From a virus (Duplodnaviria > Caudoviricetes), in the IMG/VR virus record IMGVR_UViG_3300037587_000342, positions 1-55,186 of that record: DNA of 55,186 bases. The stretch is one strand, 5' to 3'. The notes below the pieces were generated by a model. That model was not told where the DNA came from, did no database searches, and saw only the letters and a program-made list of their open reading frames with translations. Positions 53,563 through 55,186 of the stretch are shown here, piece by piece; position 1 is the stretch's first letter; each line of letters starts with the position of its first letter. Both the position numbers and the translations under genes were made by a program.

Positions 53563-54319
53563 GAAAATTGATCCGCAGATGCGGGACGCCTTCAGGATCC
53601 CGATGGAGTTGCCGGCGCCAGCGCCCCAACTTCGCGACCACATCACGCCGGAGGCGTTGGAGTCGCAGATCCGCGAGGACATCGCGCGAGACGTGGAGGA
53701 GAAGGTGGCTGAGCGCAACGGCTGGATGACCACGGCGAGCGGCATGCGCTTCCATCCGTTGGATCCCAGGCCGGAAGAGGTCGTGCCGTACGACTTGGCC
53801 CACGGGCTCTCGCACGTCTGCCGGTTCGCCGGCCAGTGCACGAGGTTCTACAGCGTGGCCCAGCACAGCGTTCTCGTCTCGCTCGAGGTCGGGCGCCGCG
53901 CCGGGGAGCCAGGCGACTGGGACGGCCAGGGGATCAGCTGGCGCGTGCTCGCGCTCTACGCGCTGCTCCACGACGGCTCCGAGGCCTACACCTCAGACAT
54001 CCCGAAGCCCGTGAAGAAGGGGATCCCTGGATTCAAGGCGATCGAGGACCGGCTGACAGCGGCGATCCACGAGCACTTCAATCTCCGGCCGAACAACCCG
54101 GAGGTCGAGGCCGAGATCAAGCGGGCGGACATACGGTTGCTTGCTACCGAGGCCCGCGATCTGACCGTGCTGGAGGTCTCCACCGACCCGTGGCTCGCGG
54201 AGGTCGAGCCGCTGCCGGAGACGATCATCCCGCTGGGACCGGACGAGGCGCGGGCCATGTTCACGGGCCGGCTGCACTTCCTCCTGCGCGCAGACGTGGC
54301 GTTGAAGTCCGATGGGTAA
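53555..54319 (+). CDS. HD-domain (YfbR-like) nucleotide phosphohydrolase
   Basis: AHGLS..CRF.G, YSVAQHS, LLHD.SEAY..DIP.P.K. Confidence 0.9.
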   Translation: MPEKIDPQMRDAFRIPMELPAPAPQLRDHITPEALESQIREDIARDVEEKVAERNGWMTTASGMRFHPLDPRPEEVVPYDLAHGLSHVCRFAGQCTRFYSVAQHSVLVSLEVGRRAGEPGDWDGQGISWRVLALYALLHDGSEAYTSDIPKPVKKGIPGFKAIEDRLTAAIHEHFNLRPNNPEVEAEIKRADIRLLATEARDLTVLEVSTDPWLAEVEPLPETIIPLGPDEARAMFTGRLHFLLRADVALKSDG

Positions 54320-55103
54320 GACCGCCAAGAAGCCCACGAAGAAGTGGACGGCCGATGAGGTCAAGGCGCTCCTGCACGACTACTACTCGGCCAGTGATTG
54401 GTGGCGGCAGGAGTGGTTGGCGGTGGCCGAGATGGAGTTGCCGGCGGTGAACGAGTTGGGTGGAAACCGCCGCATCGACTTCCTGGCTGTCAACCTGTGG
54501 TGGGGCACTCGCGGCTTCCAGGTCGTGGGGCACGAGATCAAGGTCTCGCGCGCCGACTGGCTCAACGAACTGAGCCTGTTCGGGAAGGCCGATGAGACGG
54601 CCCGCTACTGCACAGCTTGGTGCATCGTGTGTCCCCGCGGCATCGTCCAGGAGGGCGAGCTACCAGAGGGCTGGGGCCTGATGGAGGTGGTGGGGAAGGG
54701 CAAGGTGCGTCGGAACGTGACGCCTGAGCCGCGCGAGGCGATCTTCGACCGGGAGTTCGCGTGGCGCCTGATGCACAAGGCCACGAAGACGCACGTGCAG
54801 GCGCTACGGGATCTGGAGAGCAAGCAGCGTGAGAGCCAAACTGAGGATGTCGAGGAGCGCGTACGCGAGGTAGCGAAGGCCGAGGAGCAGCGCGCGGAGA
54901 AGGCGGAAGCCAAGCTCCAGGAGATCCGCACGGTCACGGGGCTGGACCTGGGCCGCTGGGGCGAGATCCAGGAGAGCGACGTGAAGGCGGCGCGCGAGAT
55001 GTCTCGGTTGCTTCGGATGTCCGGCGGTGTGCGCAAGAGGATTCTGGACCAACTGGAAGATCTCCGTGACGAGGTTGCCAAGTTCGAGAAGGCGCTGGCG
55101 TGA
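54312..55103 (+). CDS. MmcB-like PD-(D/E)XK nuclease with coiled-coil tail
   Basis: RRID, EIKVSRADW..EL, ELPEGWGL. Confidence 0.82.
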   Translation: MGKTAKKPTKKWTADEVKALLHDYYSASDWWRQEWLAVAEMELPAVNELGGNRRIDFLAVNLWWGTRGFQVVGHEIKVSRADWLNELSLFGKADETARYCTAWCIVCPRGIVQEGELPEGWGLMEVVGKGKVRRNVTPEPREAIFDREFAWRLMHKATKTHVQALRDLESKQRESQTEDVEERVREVAKAEEQRAEKAEAKLQEIRTVTGLDLGRWGEIQESDVKAAREMSRLLRMSGGVRKRILDQLEDLRDEVAKFEKALA

Positions 55104-55112
55104 GGAGGGCTC

Positions 55113-55186
55113 ATGGCACTTCAGCGGACGAGTAGGTGGTGTGGCCGATGCGGCGCTCAGGTCTTGGCGACTCGCCCCGGCACGAA
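55113..55186 (+). CDS. 3'-truncated Zn-ribbon protein
   Basis: GAGGAGG RBS; CGRC; runs off the window end. Confidence 0.5.
   Translation, partial: MALQRTSRWCGRCGAQVLATRPGT

Larger units (their letters stand above)
1..55186 (+). mobile_element. Tailed dsDNA phage genome (siphovirus-like), near-complete and permuted
   Basis: Terminase, portal, protease, HK97 capsid, tail tube, tape measure, tail tip and replication/recombination genes, all co-oriented; no host housekeeping genes. Confidence 0.96.

Noticed and set aside
53555-54319. DatZ of a 2-aminoadenine (Z-genome) pathway
   Set aside because: No PurZ, MazZ or DNA polymerase in the window.
55113-55186. Terminal repeat matching the window start
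   Set aside because: No overlap seen between the two ends, so circularity is not shown.

Overview
The window is a high-GC, near-complete, circularly permuted tailed-phage genome (HK97-fold head, lambda-like non-contractile tail). All credible genes are on the + strand. Order: two DNA methyltransferases; a terminase small subunit; about 7.5 kb of small, translationally coupled accessory genes (including GroES); the large terminase; a BldC/MerR-like HTH gene; the head, tail and tail-fibre module (portal fused to a gp7/Mu-F domain, -1 frameshifted tail chaperone); a membrane-protein cluster with no recognisable endolysin; and an early region (SSAP-like protein, PD-(D/E)XK exonuclease, RuvC-like resolvase, DUF1376 initiator with internal iterons, HNH, DUF5131, HD phosphohydrolase, MmcB-like nuclease). 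I found no integrase, repressor, polymerase, reverse transcriptase, tRNA or CRISPR. The most unusual signal is that accessory genes carry copies or look-alikes of the phage's own conserved morphogenesis proteins: a 27/30-nt in-frame copy of the terminase Walker A loop inside a tape-measure-type motif, an apparently catalytically dead prohead-protease paralogue, and a decoration-protein-like domain. These may be decoys against defence systems that sense structural proteins (inference). Also notable: a two-state RNA structure over the initiator RBS, a nested out-of-frame methyltransferase partner gene, phased direct-repeat arrays and a recurring pre-start motif. All family calls are by motif recognition, not database search.
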